NCBI RefSeq assembly: GCF_000179635.2
Contig: NC_014833.1
Coordinates: 1,470,001-1,502,000 of the forward strand
Reading direction: 5' to 3'
DNA: 32,000 nucleotides
Source of the DNA: Ruminococcus albus 7 = DSM 20455
Lineage (GTDB): Bacteria; Bacillota; Clostridia; Oscillospirales; Ruminococcaceae
Below the pieces are notes generated by a model that saw only the letters and a program-made list of their open reading frames with translations, ran no database searches and was not told where the DNA came from. A program made the translations under genes and the position numbers. Shown here piece by piece: positions 7,921-18,100 of this stretch; position 1 is the first letter of the stretch; every line of letters begins with the position of its first letter.

Positions 7921-8808
7921 ATGAAATGGAAAACTGCTCTGCTCGCGGCAGGATCGTTGTTTGCGGGCATTAACGCATTTCTTGGCAACAGACAGCTCAT
8001 CGTTGAAAAAGAAGTTATGTACAGCCGCAAACTGCCCGCAGCTTTTGAAGGCATGAAGGTCATGCTCATATCAGACCTTCACCGTAAAAAATTCGGAAAG
8101 GACTACGGTATACTACTCGATTCCGTAAAGGCGGCTTCCCCCGATATCATCATATTCGCAGGCGACCTTTACAGCAAAAACGAGGAAGAACTGGGCGGCA
8201 AGGTAAAGCTTATGAAGGATCTGGATGCCATAGCCCCCGTGTACTATGCCCCGGGAAATCATGAACTCCACCGTATTGAGGTGTGGGATGCCATGTACCA
8301 TAAGCTTAAAAGCACAGGCATAAACGTGCTCAGGAACGAGATGGCAGTTGTGTGCCGCGGCAGTGACAGGATAAATATCTACGGCATACAGATACCGCTG
8401 AAATACTTCATCAACAAGGACGGCACCTACTGCAGCCTGCCCGTACCCGACAGCAGTACTATATCGAGATACCTTGGCGAAAGCGATCCCGATCACTGCG
8501 ATCTGCTCATAGGCCATAATCCCTTGTTCTTTGAAGCCTATGAACGCTGGGGCGCTGACTTCGTATTTTCGGGACACGTACACGGCGGTGTCATCCGTCT
8601 GCCCATAGCAGGCGGAATCCTTTCCCCCGAACGCAGATTTTTCCCGAAGTATACCAAGGGCATATACAGGCTTGGCAAGACCGTCATGGCAGTATCATCG
8701 GGGCTCGGTAAATTCAGGATAAATAATCCTTCCCAGATGATGCTTCTTACTCTTACAGGCAAAAAGCAGCCCTCAAAGCACAGCAAGGGCCATGCCTGGG
8801 ATATCTGA
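7921..8808 (+). CDS. membrane-anchored calcineurin-like metallophosphoesterase (YkuE-like)
   Basis: Motifs ISDLH, GDLYS, GNHE and GHVHGG, plus an N-terminal hydrophobic anchor. RBS AGAAGAGGT. Confidence 0.85.
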   Translation: MKWKTALLAAGSLFAGINAFLGNRQLIVEKEVMYSRKLPAAFEGMKVMLISDLHRKKFGKDYGILLDSVKAASPDIIIFAGDLYSKNEEELGGKVKLMKDLDAIAPVYYAPGNHELHRIEVWDAMYHKLKSTGINVLRNEMAVVCRGSDRINIYGIQIPLKYFINKDGTYCSLPVPDSSTISRYLGESDPDHCDLLIGHNPLFFEAYERWGADFVFSGHVHGGVIRLPIAGGILSPERRFFPKYTKGIYRLGKTVMAVSSGLGKFRINNPSQMMLLTLTGKKQPSKHSKGHAWDI

Positions 8809-8945
8809 TATACAAAAGTATATCAGTCCAAAAAATATCACAGCTATCTCTTTGGCACACCACTTTATTTGCTTGTATAACGAAGTAAATCAGGTAATAC
8901 TGTCATCGGGATGACCATACTAATGTTACAGAAAGGCGAACTATA

Positions 8946-10247
8946 ATGGATAAGACACAGCTTGCCGCAGCTTTTGCGGAATACTTTGATAAACACATGG
9001 ATGAGATCCTTTCCGACCTCGGAGAGATAATCGCCATAGAGAGTATAGCAGACGAAAACTCGGATGTACGTCCCTTCGGTGAAGGCTCTGCAAAGGCGCT
9101 GGCATGGGGCGAGGCTAAGCTGAAGTCCCTGGGTATGACGACTAAGAATTTTGATAACTACGCTGTCAGGGGCGATTTCAACACCGACGGCGAACCGGTG
9201 CTGGGCATACTGGCACATCTGGATACCGTACCCGTCAGCAGCAACTGGAGCTATTCTCCCTTTGAACTCACCCGTAAGGACGGCGTACTCTATGGCAGGG
9301 GCACGATAGACGACAAAGGCCCTGCTACCGCAGTTTTATGGGCTGTAAAGGCGATACGCGATATGGGTCTGCCCATGAAGAATTTCCGCGTGATATTCGG
9401 CGGCAACGAGGAAAACGGCTGTACTGATATGGAATACTACGAAAGCTGTGAAAAGTTCCCGCCTATGGTATTCACTCCCGACGGCTCATTCCCCGTACTC
9501 AACTGTGAAAAGGGCATGGTCCACATGACATTCTCCGCACCTTTTAAAGACAGCGAGATAGTATCCGTTGATGCAGGTATGGCTATAAACGCTATCCCCG
9601 ACAGATGCACCGTTGCTTATAAAGACGGTACTTCATCTGTCACCGAGGGTCATTCCGCCCACGGCTCACGCCCCGAAAACGGCGATAATGCAGTTACAAA
9701 ATTCCTCTCGGGCTATGTGGGAAATAACGCGCTCCTGCTGGGTCTTAAAAAGCTGTTCCCCCACGGCGAATTTGACGGCACTACCTGCGGACTGGGCTTT
9801 GAAGACAGCGTATCAGGCAAGATGACCTGCGCTCTCACTGTCCTTAAAACCAAGGAAGACAGACTTTGCGGCGGTATTGATATCCGTTTCCCCATTGACC
9901 GTTCCTATGACGAGATAAGCACTATCATCAAAGATGCAGTCTGCGGTATCGGCTTCGAGATAGATACCTGCGAGGGCATGGAACCCCACTACGTCGATGA
10001 AAACAGCGATTTCGTTCAGGCACTCCTCAGAGTTTACGAAAGAGTAAAAGGCGAAAAAGGCTCCTGTATCGCAGAGGGCGGTATAACCTATGTCCATAAT
10101 ACCCCCGGCGCCGTAGCCTTCGGTGCAGAGTTCCCCTGGGAGAATAATAATATGCACGGCGATGATGAACATATCTCCATGGATACTTTCAGACTAAACC
10201 TGAATATGTACGCCAACGCCATCACCGAACTCTGCCTCATCGACTGA
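8946..10247 (+). CDS. pepV: M20-family dipeptidase, PepV/Sapep-like
   Basis: Motifs HLDTVPV, GRGTIDDKGP and GGNEENG. Length and domain order are typical of PepV-type dipeptidases. Confidence 0.8.
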   Translation: MDKTQLAAAFAEYFDKHMDEILSDLGEIIAIESIADENSDVRPFGEGSAKALAWGEAKLKSLGMTTKNFDNYAVRGDFNTDGEPVLGILAHLDTVPVSSNWSYSPFELTRKDGVLYGRGTIDDKGPATAVLWAVKAIRDMGLPMKNFRVIFGGNEENGCTDMEYYESCEKFPPMVFTPDGSFPVLNCEKGMVHMTFSAPFKDSEIVSVDAGMAINAIPDRCTVAYKDGTSSVTEGHSAHGSRPENGDNAVTKFLSGYVGNNALLLGLKKLFPHGEFDGTTCGLGFEDSVSGKMTCALTVLKTKEDRLCGGIDIRFPIDRSYDEISTIIKDAVCGIGFEIDTCEGMEPHYVDENSDFVQALLRVYERVKGEKGSCIAEGGITYVHNTPGAVAFGAEFPWENNNMHGDDEHISMDTFRLNLNMYANAITELCLID

Positions 10248-10259
10248 CAGTAATATAAA

Positions 10260-10565
10260 CCCGCAGGATCTCACACGGGTGTTAATACAGAATATTTGCG
10301 GTAACTACTGGAGGAAACCTTTCTGAAGAAAGGTTATCCTCCAGACCTCTTTCCAAAGACTTCTATTTCTATTTGGCAGGGGCAGACATTCTCTCGAAGA
10401 ACAGAGAATGTCTGCTTTTTGCTGTGCTATAAAAGTATAGCTGCCCCTGACAAATAGAGTTAAAAGTTTTCGGAAAGGAGTTTGAGGGAAACCCTTTTTC
10501 AAAAGGGTTTCCCTCAATAATTATCACAAACGCTCTATATCGGCACCCGTGTAAGATCCTACGGG
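10260..10565. repeat. 306-bp hairpin-dense element bounded by 22-bp imperfect inverted repeats (MITE/REP-like)
   Basis: CCCGCAGGATCTCACACGGGTG (10260-10281) matches the reverse complement of CACCCGTGTAAGATCCTACGGG (10544-10565) at 20 of 22 positions. The interior holds at least four strong hairpins. Confidence 0.6.
10382..10421 (+). terminator. rho-independent terminator (probably for pepV)
   Basis: GCAGACATTCTCT (10382-10394) pairs with AGAGAATGTCTGC (10403-10415), followed by TTTTT. Confidence 0.75.
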
Positions 10566-12295
10566 CTGTTTTCTTTCAGTGCTAGGCTCATGCCGAGTTC
10601 CAGGGCGATAAACTCGCCGTTTTCGCAGATCTCGTCGCTTATCTCGCACATCAGCAGACCGTATGCTCTGCTGCCGCATAGTATGGGGAAGGTGATATAC
10701 CCGTTACTTTTGACTGAAAGCTCGTTGCGGAGAAAAATATCTGCTGTTCTGCATTTCTGTCTGTCCTCCGAAAGCATATAGAGGTCTCCCGAGCGCATAA
10801 TGCATTTGAGGTAGATATACTCCGGAAAAGTAGGATTATTTTCGCCGTCGAGATCCAGAGGCTTATCAAAAATATACACCGCGGCATTTGGGAGTCCCAG
10901 CTTGTCAAAGCTTCTGAATATGCTGTCACAGCCGTTTCCGCCCACAGCAGACACAATGAACTCCTGTAGTTTTATGCGGCTGTAAGTGTGTTCCCGTTCT
11001 CGGGATATCAGTGCTTTGGCCTGTGTAACTATGGCTCTGTCCTTCATGCGTGAGAACAGTCTGTTTATCAGTGTCGAGGCTGATTGTGAGTGCGATGCAT
11101 TGTTTATGCCGATCTGAACTCTGCCTATGCTTGCTATCAGCTTGTTTGAGTCAGTATACTGCATAGCACCCTTATCAAAGAACTTGTCTATCATCCTGCA
11201 CAGCTCGTCATAGGTCTCAAGGCTCATATACCTGTGCTTGCATGATATCAGCATAGGCGACATGAATTCAAAGAACAGCCTTTTCAGGTCAACGTTCTCC
11301 GTGTCTATGGATTCCAGTCTGTACCTGTAGAAGCAGTCATTGAACATTCTGTATATGAAAGAAGTCTCTGCTTTGGTCAGTTCAATGGTGTTGTAGTCGT
11401 ACATCTCGTATGGCATCGAGGCTCTGCCGAAAAGCCTTGTGGGTACGGTGTCCGATCTTACCTCGTTACCCTCCATCATTTCCAGCAGCAGTTCAAGTGC
11501 CCTTCGTCCCAGTGATATCTTGTCCGCACCCACCGAAGACAGGGGCGGGTCAAGGTTGCTGGACATACGTGTATTATCAAAGCCGAATACCATCACGTCC
11601 GAGCCTATCTTTTTATCGCGTGCTTTCAGTACTTTGTAAAGTCCCTTAGCCGAAGAATCGTTAACACAGAATATCGCCTGCACATCAGGGTTCCTGTCCA
11701 GCAGTCTTTCGGCAGCCTCCACGGAATTCTCTGTCATATCCGAAGGTTCAAACTGATCCTCGCTGTATTGCAGTCTGTAGTCCTTCAGGCATTTTATGAA
11801 TATCTGTTTTCTTGCTCGGGCGTCCTTGTTGTCATCTCTGCCCCCGAGCATACATATCTTGGTCAGCCCCTGAGCGTTTGCGATATATTCTATCGCCTCG
11901 CGTATGCCGCTTTCGTTGTCGTAGTTCACCGTGATAACGTTTTTCAGGTCTGATGCGACCAGCACCACAGGCACCTTTTTTATCTTGGACATAAAGCTCT
12001 CGTACAGTCCGGGAGTGTTCTTGTCCCTTTCGTTTACACTTCCGAGGTGTATCACAAAACCGTCTATATCGCAGCGCTCGCTAAGACTGAATATCTTGTT
12101 TACTACAGTCTTGTGTCTGTGCAGATTTTCTTCATCTTTGCCGTCATCGTGTTTTCCGGGCAGCACTATAAGCCTTATCTTCCTGTTTGAAGGTATGGCG
12201 TTGGCTAAACTCTTTACCAGCTCTCTTGAAAAATCACTGCTGACATCCTCAAGCATCATGCAGATTATCTTTTCGTTCTTTTTAATGTTCTTCAT
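10559..12295 (-). CDS. cytoplasmic sensor-like protein: LacI-type (PBP1) sugar-binding domain without HTH, plus helical and GAF-like C-terminal region; no output domain
   Basis: PBP1 pattern (VPVVLVASD, ITVNYDNESG, ICMLGG, AIFCVNDSSAKGLYKVL, VMVFGFDN). The C-terminal FPILCGSRAYGLLMCEISDE parallels FTPVFCENNCFGYAAVEYGDE in the 1115-aa protein. The start is 12 nt after the upstream stop. Confidence 0.6.
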   Translation of the reverse strand: MKNIKKNEKIICMMLEDVSSDFSRELVKSLANAIPSNRKIRLIVLPGKHDDGKDEENLHRHKTVVNKIFSLSERCDIDGFVIHLGSVNERDKNTPGLYESFMSKIKKVPVVLVASDLKNVITVNYDNESGIREAIEYIANAQGLTKICMLGGRDDNKDARARKQIFIKCLKDYRLQYSEDQFEPSDMTENSVEAAERLLDRNPDVQAIFCVNDSSAKGLYKVLKARDKKIGSDVMVFGFDNTRMSSNLDPPLSSVGADKISLGRRALELLLEMMEGNEVRSDTVPTRLFGRASMPYEMYDYNTIELTKAETSFIYRMFNDCFYRYRLESIDTENVDLKRLFFEFMSPMLISCKHRYMSLETYDELCRMIDKFFDKGAMQYTDSNKLIASIGRVQIGINNASHSQSASTLINRLFSRMKDRAIVTQAKALISREREHTYSRIKLQEFIVSAVGGNGCDSIFRSFDKLGLPNAAVYIFDKPLDLDGENNPTFPEYIYLKCIMRSGDLYMLSEDRQKCRTADIFLRNELSVKSNGYITFPILCGSRAYGLLMCEISDEICENGEFIALELGMSLALKENSP

Positions 12296-12307
12296 TGTTC
12301 TACCCCG

Positions 12308-14911
12308 CTATAATTCGGGACCGGGTCTTGAGAACAGATATCCCTGTGAGAGATCTATGCCGTATCTCAGCAGCAGATCCTGTATCTCCTGATTTTCAAC
12401 AAACTCCGCAACGATACGGAATTTGTGACTGCTCAGCTTTTTCCAGTCCGCGATCAGCGCTATAAGATTGGCGCACTGTTCGTCCACTGTGCATTTGCGT
12501 ACTATTGATCCGTCTATCTTCAGATAGTCTGAATGTATATTCGCGATATGCTGCAGGTTTGAAAATCCGCTGCCGAAATCGTCTATGGATATCTCGCCCC
12601 CCAGATCGTGTATCATGTCAACAAATGTCACAAGGGTGTTGTAGTCATCTATGTCCTCATTTTCCAGCAGCTCGAATACGAAGTTTTCGGGGTGCTTCAC
12701 CGTCGTGAGGAAATCGTATATGTAGTCCACTATCTCGTGGTTCTTCACATCCCTCATACCAAGGTTTATGCTTACGCTCTTATCCGTTATATCCCTGAAT
12801 TTGTTAAACACCTTGGTTATCATTATCTTTGAGAGTGAATCGTACAGCAGTCCGTAGGCTCTCGCCACTTCTAGGAAGCTTCCTGGATAGTATATTTTGC
12901 CGTTCTCATCCTCCAGCCTCATCAGCGATTCGTAGTGATGTATGGTGTTGGTGGTGTTGTCGTATATACCCTGGAAATACGGTATCACCTTGTCATGGGT
13001 AATGGCATAGTTTATAACGTTCACCATATGATAGTGCTCAAGTATGCTCTCCTTGTCAGGGATACTTGTATTCGCATTCATCACGCTGAACTGTATGTTC
13101 TTGCCTGTCATCATCAGCCTTGCCGCATGATAAGCCTGCTCTATATTCTCTGCGGTGCAGGCATCTACCACGCAGAACAGGGGTACTATGGCTATGTACT
13201 CCTCGTTGTTCTCAAAAAGCTCTCGCTGAAGATTTTCCATATCGCTTACAAAATCAGGCAGTGAGAACATATATGACGGAGCACCTATAGCTATCTCCCA
13301 GTCTTTGATGTGGTATATCTTGTACCCCTTCATCTTGGTATAGGTCATGCATTTAGTCAGGTACTTTTTGTAAGTAAGATCTATTATACCCTTTGAGAAT
13401 ACCGTGTTCATGGCATAGGTGCCCGTAACATCGACTATGCATATACGGTCTGAACCCTTCAGCTTCATGTCCATGCTCAGCGCAGCCACGTTCGGCAGTT
13501 CTTCCGTATCCGAATATAGCAGATCCATCTCACAGTCATGTACAAAGGCTTTTATCGAGTCAGCTGCCGAAGCTTCCTCCTTGGCAAGCAGCCTTTTTTC
13601 GGCTTCGTACAGATAATTCAGCAGCTTCCTGTTGTCAGCCACAAGTGTTTCAGTGTGTGAGAATGCATAAGGGTTGTAATGCTGCGATGCAGGTGCTTCA
13701 CCCATGACCGATACCACGAATGAGCAGTTTGCGAATGTGTTCCTGCCGTTCACATGGGCTATCTGCCCCTCGGTTATACATCCGCACATATTTGAGTTCT
13801 CATAGGCTGAAAGCTCCCATTTTACGCAGTTTGAGTATATCATGGAACGTGCTGTGCAGGAGTAGCCGAATATGGTTTCTGCTTTCTCGAAGTTCTCTAT
13901 CCGCCTGAACAGTGAGCGGTTATCGGCTATTACCTTTCTGTCGTATATGAAGGCACGTCTCAGTTTTTTGCCTGCTATCACATTGTGGTTCGCACAGATA
14001 AGCTCGCGCTTTGCAGTGTAGTCCCTGTCGGGAGCCTGTTCACGAAGAGTCCGCACTATAGGCTCATCAGGATCGAATAAGTCCTCAAGGCTCTCATTGT
14101 CCGAATATTTTACAAATATCGGTATATCGTTGGTGTCTGAATATACATAAGGGAAAAGGTTGCTGAGCTCGGGTCTGTTGAGAAGCTCGTTGCCTATACC
14201 CAGACGGTAAGCCTCAGCCGCATCGTGACCGTCTGTTGAAAGTATGCATGAAAGGAAAGTATCTGTTATAGTCAGCTCGTCCCCTATCGCCTGAGCACCC
14301 GTAGCGTATGAGGTAAAGCTCTCCAGGTTCTTTCCGCTTATGGATGCTACTATCATGCCCTTGTTCATCCAGCCTGTTTCATTGAATACAAAGCCCGTAT
14401 CAGGGAACTTTTTCACGCTTACATCCGAGGTGTTTGCAAGTCCGCCGGTCATCTGCACCCCGGGGTAATATATGTTGCTCTTTTCCACAAAGTTGTAAGC
14501 ACCAAGATACTTCCGCGTAAGGAAGGTCAGCAGCAGCTTTGTATCATCCTCTATCACCGTGTCCCTGACGCACCTGCACAGCTTGTCTGTGGTCATGGGC
14601 ATACCGTTTTTCTCGAAGGTAGGCAGCATAGCTGTTTTTATACTGCCCTCCGACAGCTGTGTTACGGATATGACACACTGGTTCTTTATCAGTCTGCCCC
14701 AGCATATCACAGCAGATGTACTGGTGCCGAAGATATGCGCACCCGGCACTTTTTTCGCGATGAATCTTGCCAGGTCTACAGCCTCATCTTCAAGGTGGAT
14801 AGCTGTGTGTATCCTTATGAGGATATCTCCGTCTGCAGGGTCCAGCATAAGCTGCTGAAACGCCTCAGCAAGACGTGCTTTGGAAATATATTGGAAATTC
14901 CACGTTAACAT
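12308..14911 (-). CDS. FIST-like sensor - degenerate GGDEF - EAL c-di-GMP phosphodiesterase
   Basis: EAL-domain residues are present: YESLMRLED, SINLG, ELLENEDI, IDDFGSGFSNL, LKIDGS, AEFVEN, QGYLFSRP. The middle region has GGDEF-domain spacing, but the motif position reads KDWEI. The N-terminal roughly 400 aa are FIST-like (IFGTSTSAVI, QMTGGLA, FGYSCTARS); that assignment is tentative. Confidence 0.75.
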   Translation of the reverse strand: MLTWNFQYISKARLAEAFQQLMLDPADGDILIRIHTAIHLEDEAVDLARFIAKKVPGAHIFGTSTSAVICWGRLIKNQCVISVTQLSEGSIKTAMLPTFEKNGMPMTTDKLCRCVRDTVIEDDTKLLLTFLTRKYLGAYNFVEKSNIYYPGVQMTGGLANTSDVSVKKFPDTGFVFNETGWMNKGMIVASISGKNLESFTSYATGAQAIGDELTITDTFLSCILSTDGHDAAEAYRLGIGNELLNRPELSNLFPYVYSDTNDIPIFVKYSDNESLEDLFDPDEPIVRTLREQAPDRDYTAKRELICANHNVIAGKKLRRAFIYDRKVIADNRSLFRRIENFEKAETIFGYSCTARSMIYSNCVKWELSAYENSNMCGCITEGQIAHVNGRNTFANCSFVVSVMGEAPASQHYNPYAFSHTETLVADNRKLLNYLYEAEKRLLAKEEASAADSIKAFVHDCEMDLLYSDTEELPNVAALSMDMKLKGSDRICIVDVTGTYAMNTVFSKGIIDLTYKKYLTKCMTYTKMKGYKIYHIKDWEIAIGAPSYMFSLPDFVSDMENLQRELFENNEEYIAIVPLFCVVDACTAENIEQAYHAARLMMTGKNIQFSVMNANTSIPDKESILEHYHMVNVINYAITHDKVIPYFQGIYDNTTNTIHHYESLMRLEDENGKIYYPGSFLEVARAYGLLYDSLSKIMITKVFNKFRDITDKSVSINLGMRDVKNHEIVDYIYDFLTTVKHPENFVFELLENEDIDDYNTLVTFVDMIHDLGGEISIDDFGSGFSNLQHIANIHSDYLKIDGSIVRKCTVDEQCANLIALIADWKKLSSHKFRIVAEFVENQEIQDLLLRYGIDLSQGYLFSRPGPEL

Positions 14912-14981
14912 AAGATTACCTCTTGCAAATATGAATTGATGTACCGCTATATATCTGTTGTATAGCTGTACTATACATTAT

Positions 14982-15010
14982 ATTGTACAATAAATACATA
15001 ACAAAATCAA
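14982..15010 (-). promoter_or_regulatory. sigma-70-type promoter on the minus strand (TTGATT-17-TACAAT)
   Basis: Read as reverse complement: TTGATT (15010-15005), a 17-nt spacer, TACAAT (14987-14982). It sits in an AT-rich 226-nt gap upstream of the 867-aa gene. Confidence 0.5.
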
Positions 15011-15137
15011 TGCTTTGCCATAAAATAATATAAAATTCGATATATTCACTAAATTTAATATTAAAACTATGTTAATATTTAAGTGCTGCTCATTGGTATG
15101 TCTGCTAAAATAGATCCCCTATATATTTAGCCGGTAT

Positions 15138-18100
15138 TTATCCGATACTGCTTTCTCTTATTATCTCGCTGCCGTTTACCGTAAATCTTCCCAGACCGTT
15201 TATTATGCTGAAATTCTTCTCATTTGCGTGGCAGTCCTTTCCGGTGTTGTTGCGCACGTCCCACCTTGAATCACAGCGGTTCATGCGTATGAAGGTATCA
15301 TCGGAATATCCGCCCACAGCCAGTGAATCCACACCCGACATCGTCATTTTCAGTACCGTGGAGGTCAGCTCACAGTTTGTGGAGCCGCGCAGCGCACCTA
15401 TACCCGTCAGTGATATGCCGCTCATATCTATATCCATGCTTGATATATCCACAGATACGTGAGTGTTCTCGCCCCTGACTGTGCCTATGCCCACTATATC
15501 CGAGCCGTCGCACTGTGCCCTGAACGAGCATTTGGTTATGGATGCCTTTGTATTGCCCGTTACCGAGCCTATAGCAGCACCCTCATTGGTATTGAGGTCT
15601 ATGATGATATTGCAGCTGTCTATCAGCACATTGGCATCTCCCGTCAGTGAGCCTATGCATACTGCCTTGCTGCTGTTTGAACTGAGCAGGAACTGTCCGC
15701 TGAATATCCTGACCTTTCCGCCCGTGCCGCCGCCTATGCACACTCCTGTGCTGCCGTGACCCTTTATCTCTATTGTGCCGCTGTGTTCAAATATCAGCTC
15801 GCCCGAGGTCTTGTCAGGCATATTGCCAATACCGCAGAATTCCTTGGAGTTGAGCACTATAACAAGATTGCCGTCACCCTCTACCGTCAGCCGTGATGTG
15901 GGTGCTGCGGTTATGCCCGAATTTCTCAGCACGTTATCGCCCGAAAGCACCAGCGTAACATCCGCACCCTCACCGATATCTATGCACTGGAAATTCTTGT
16001 CACCCAGCAGGGATATATTTTCAAGGGTTATCCTGCCCTTGTATCCCGGCTCTACGGTTATATGCACGTTGGAGTTCAGTCCCGGTGCGCCGTATACCGT
16101 GATATCCTTGTATATCATCTCGCCCCTGCCCACAACTATCTCGCTGAAGTTCTCCTTTATCAGTGCCGAAAGAGATACTCTGTTTGTCTTGCCTGCGATG
16201 TATTTCTGCACCACTACTCCCGATGTGAATTCATAGTGGTACTCCGATATCTCGCGCCTTACATTCTCGCTTATCTCGGGTATAAGATCGCTTTCGGGCT
16301 TGCCTGTGTAGAAGCCCTGTATCAGATCCGCACCCAGCATTATGGCAGTCCTGAGCTCCTCTGCGGTCTCAACGCCCTCAGCCAGTGCTCTTATGCCGTT
16401 ATCGTGACAGAAGCTTATCATTTCCTTTACGAAGTGCTGCTTCTGGGGTTTTATCTGTATCTCGCTTATGAGGGTCCTGTCTATCTTTACATAGTCAGGC
16501 ATATACCTCAGCAGATTACTTACGTTTGAATACCCTGTGCCGTAGTCATCGACGGCTATCTTGGTCTTGTGCCGCTTAAGTATGGACTTCATTCTTTCCA
16601 GCTCGTCATCACCCATCTCGGCTTCCTCGGTAAGCTCTACAACTACCGTATCCGTCAGCAGATCAAGGTACTCCTCCACCTTGGCAAGGTCATCATCAGC
16701 GAGCTGTACACCGGGTATGCTGTTTATGAATATCTTAGCGCCGTTGAGCTTGTCAGCCTTGTTCTTTACTATCTCCAGCACGTTCATAAATGTGGATCTT
16801 TCTATATCCACCAGCCTGTTCTGCATATCCGCATACCTTACTATAGCCAGCGGAGGTATGCTCCTTTCCGCGTCGGAGCGCATAAGGACTTCGTAGGAGA
16901 ATACCGAGCCGTCAACGGTGTTGACTATGGGCTGGAATTTGTACTTGAAAAGGTTGCCGTCGAGGATACGTGTCACCAGCTCGTAGTCCGCCTTCTCATC
17001 GGGATCAAGGGTGTCGTATGCAAAACTAAGTGCCGAGAATTTACTGCTCTTCAGGGCATTGAGCTGTTCCTGTATGCGGTTGGTTTCCAGATATCTCCTG
17101 AGTGATTCCAGACCCTTGGATACCAGCCTTATCCACTCACGGTATACCTTGTCATAGCTTCGTGCTTCGTCACCGTATTCCACAGCGGCGTAGCCGAAGC
17201 AGTTGTTCTCACAGAATACGGGCGTGAAGAATACAGCCCTGGGTTTTTCATGTTCGTCCAGCAGGTCCGGAAGCAGCAGCCGGCTGTCAAAGGATATGTC
17301 CAGTCCTGCTATGCCGTCCTTGTGGCTCTTGTTGAACCTTACGGCGTATATCATCTTATCGGGGTAGCCGTCGTTGCCGAAGTGTACATCGCTGCTCTTG
17401 CCCATGTATCTCCACATATCGCCTATGCACAGGTGGAAGCTCTCAGCGCCCAGCTGGAAAGCATAGGAGTATACCATGCCCGTAAATCCTGCCAGGTCTG
17501 TCTGGGATATGATATCATCAGCCATAGCATTGTTCACCGATGCAAAGCCCTCACGGGATATGACAGTGTCCCAGCTTTTTCTCTGCAGGCTGAGCTCGGG
17601 GTCATCATTCTCCTTGTGACAGCAGCCGCAGCTCTCACCGATGAATATCTGAGGTGCCGCATAGAAGGGCTGAGTTTCCCGTCCTTCGAGCTTGTCAGCC
17701 ATATATCCTGCCGCATAGCAGCCCAGCTCCTTTGCAGGTATCACAGCCGAAGTCACAGGCTTCGGGGATGAACGTCCCTCAAATGTGGAGTCATAGCTGA
17801 TGACCGCTATCTCATCGGGTACTGATATGCCCCTTTCCTCTAATGCCTGACACAGTCCTATCGCCATACAGTCGTTTGCGCATATCACCGCATCGGGGAG
17901 CTTCTTGTCGCCTGCGGTCAGCAGGTCAGCACATACCTCACCGCTGAGGTACCAGAAATCTCCGTATATGATCCTGTCCTCGGGCAGCGAGAGCCCGCGT
18001 TTTTCCAGCGCACTGCGTACCGCGTGAAGTCGCAGCTGTGAGTGCTCATGCCACTTCTTGCCGCAGAGGAATGCTATGTCAGCAGCACCGTGTACCGACA

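Noticed and set aside
7013-8808. Patatin lipase plus metallophosphoesterase as a possible phage-defence effector pair, by analogy with CBASS-type patatin effectors.
   Set aside because: No cyclase, sensor NTPase or other defence hallmark is adjacent. Both proteins look like the common housekeeping-type families of Firmicutes (YjjU/RssA-like patatin, YkuE-like phosphoesterase). I mention them only as possible operon partners of the ExbB/ExbD genes.
8851-8875. TGGCAC words (also at 18688 and 22777) suggesting sigma-54 -24 elements.
   Set aside because: The spacing to any downstream GC/TTGC is wrong: 15 nt at 8851 and 9 nt with CCGC at 18688, against the required 10 nt with TTGC.
10305-10517. 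70-aa minus-strand ORF in the pepV/sensor intergenic region.
   Set aside because: It lies entirely within palindromic hairpins of the 306-bp element. Its peptide sequence reads like translated stem-loop sequence, and there is no RBS.
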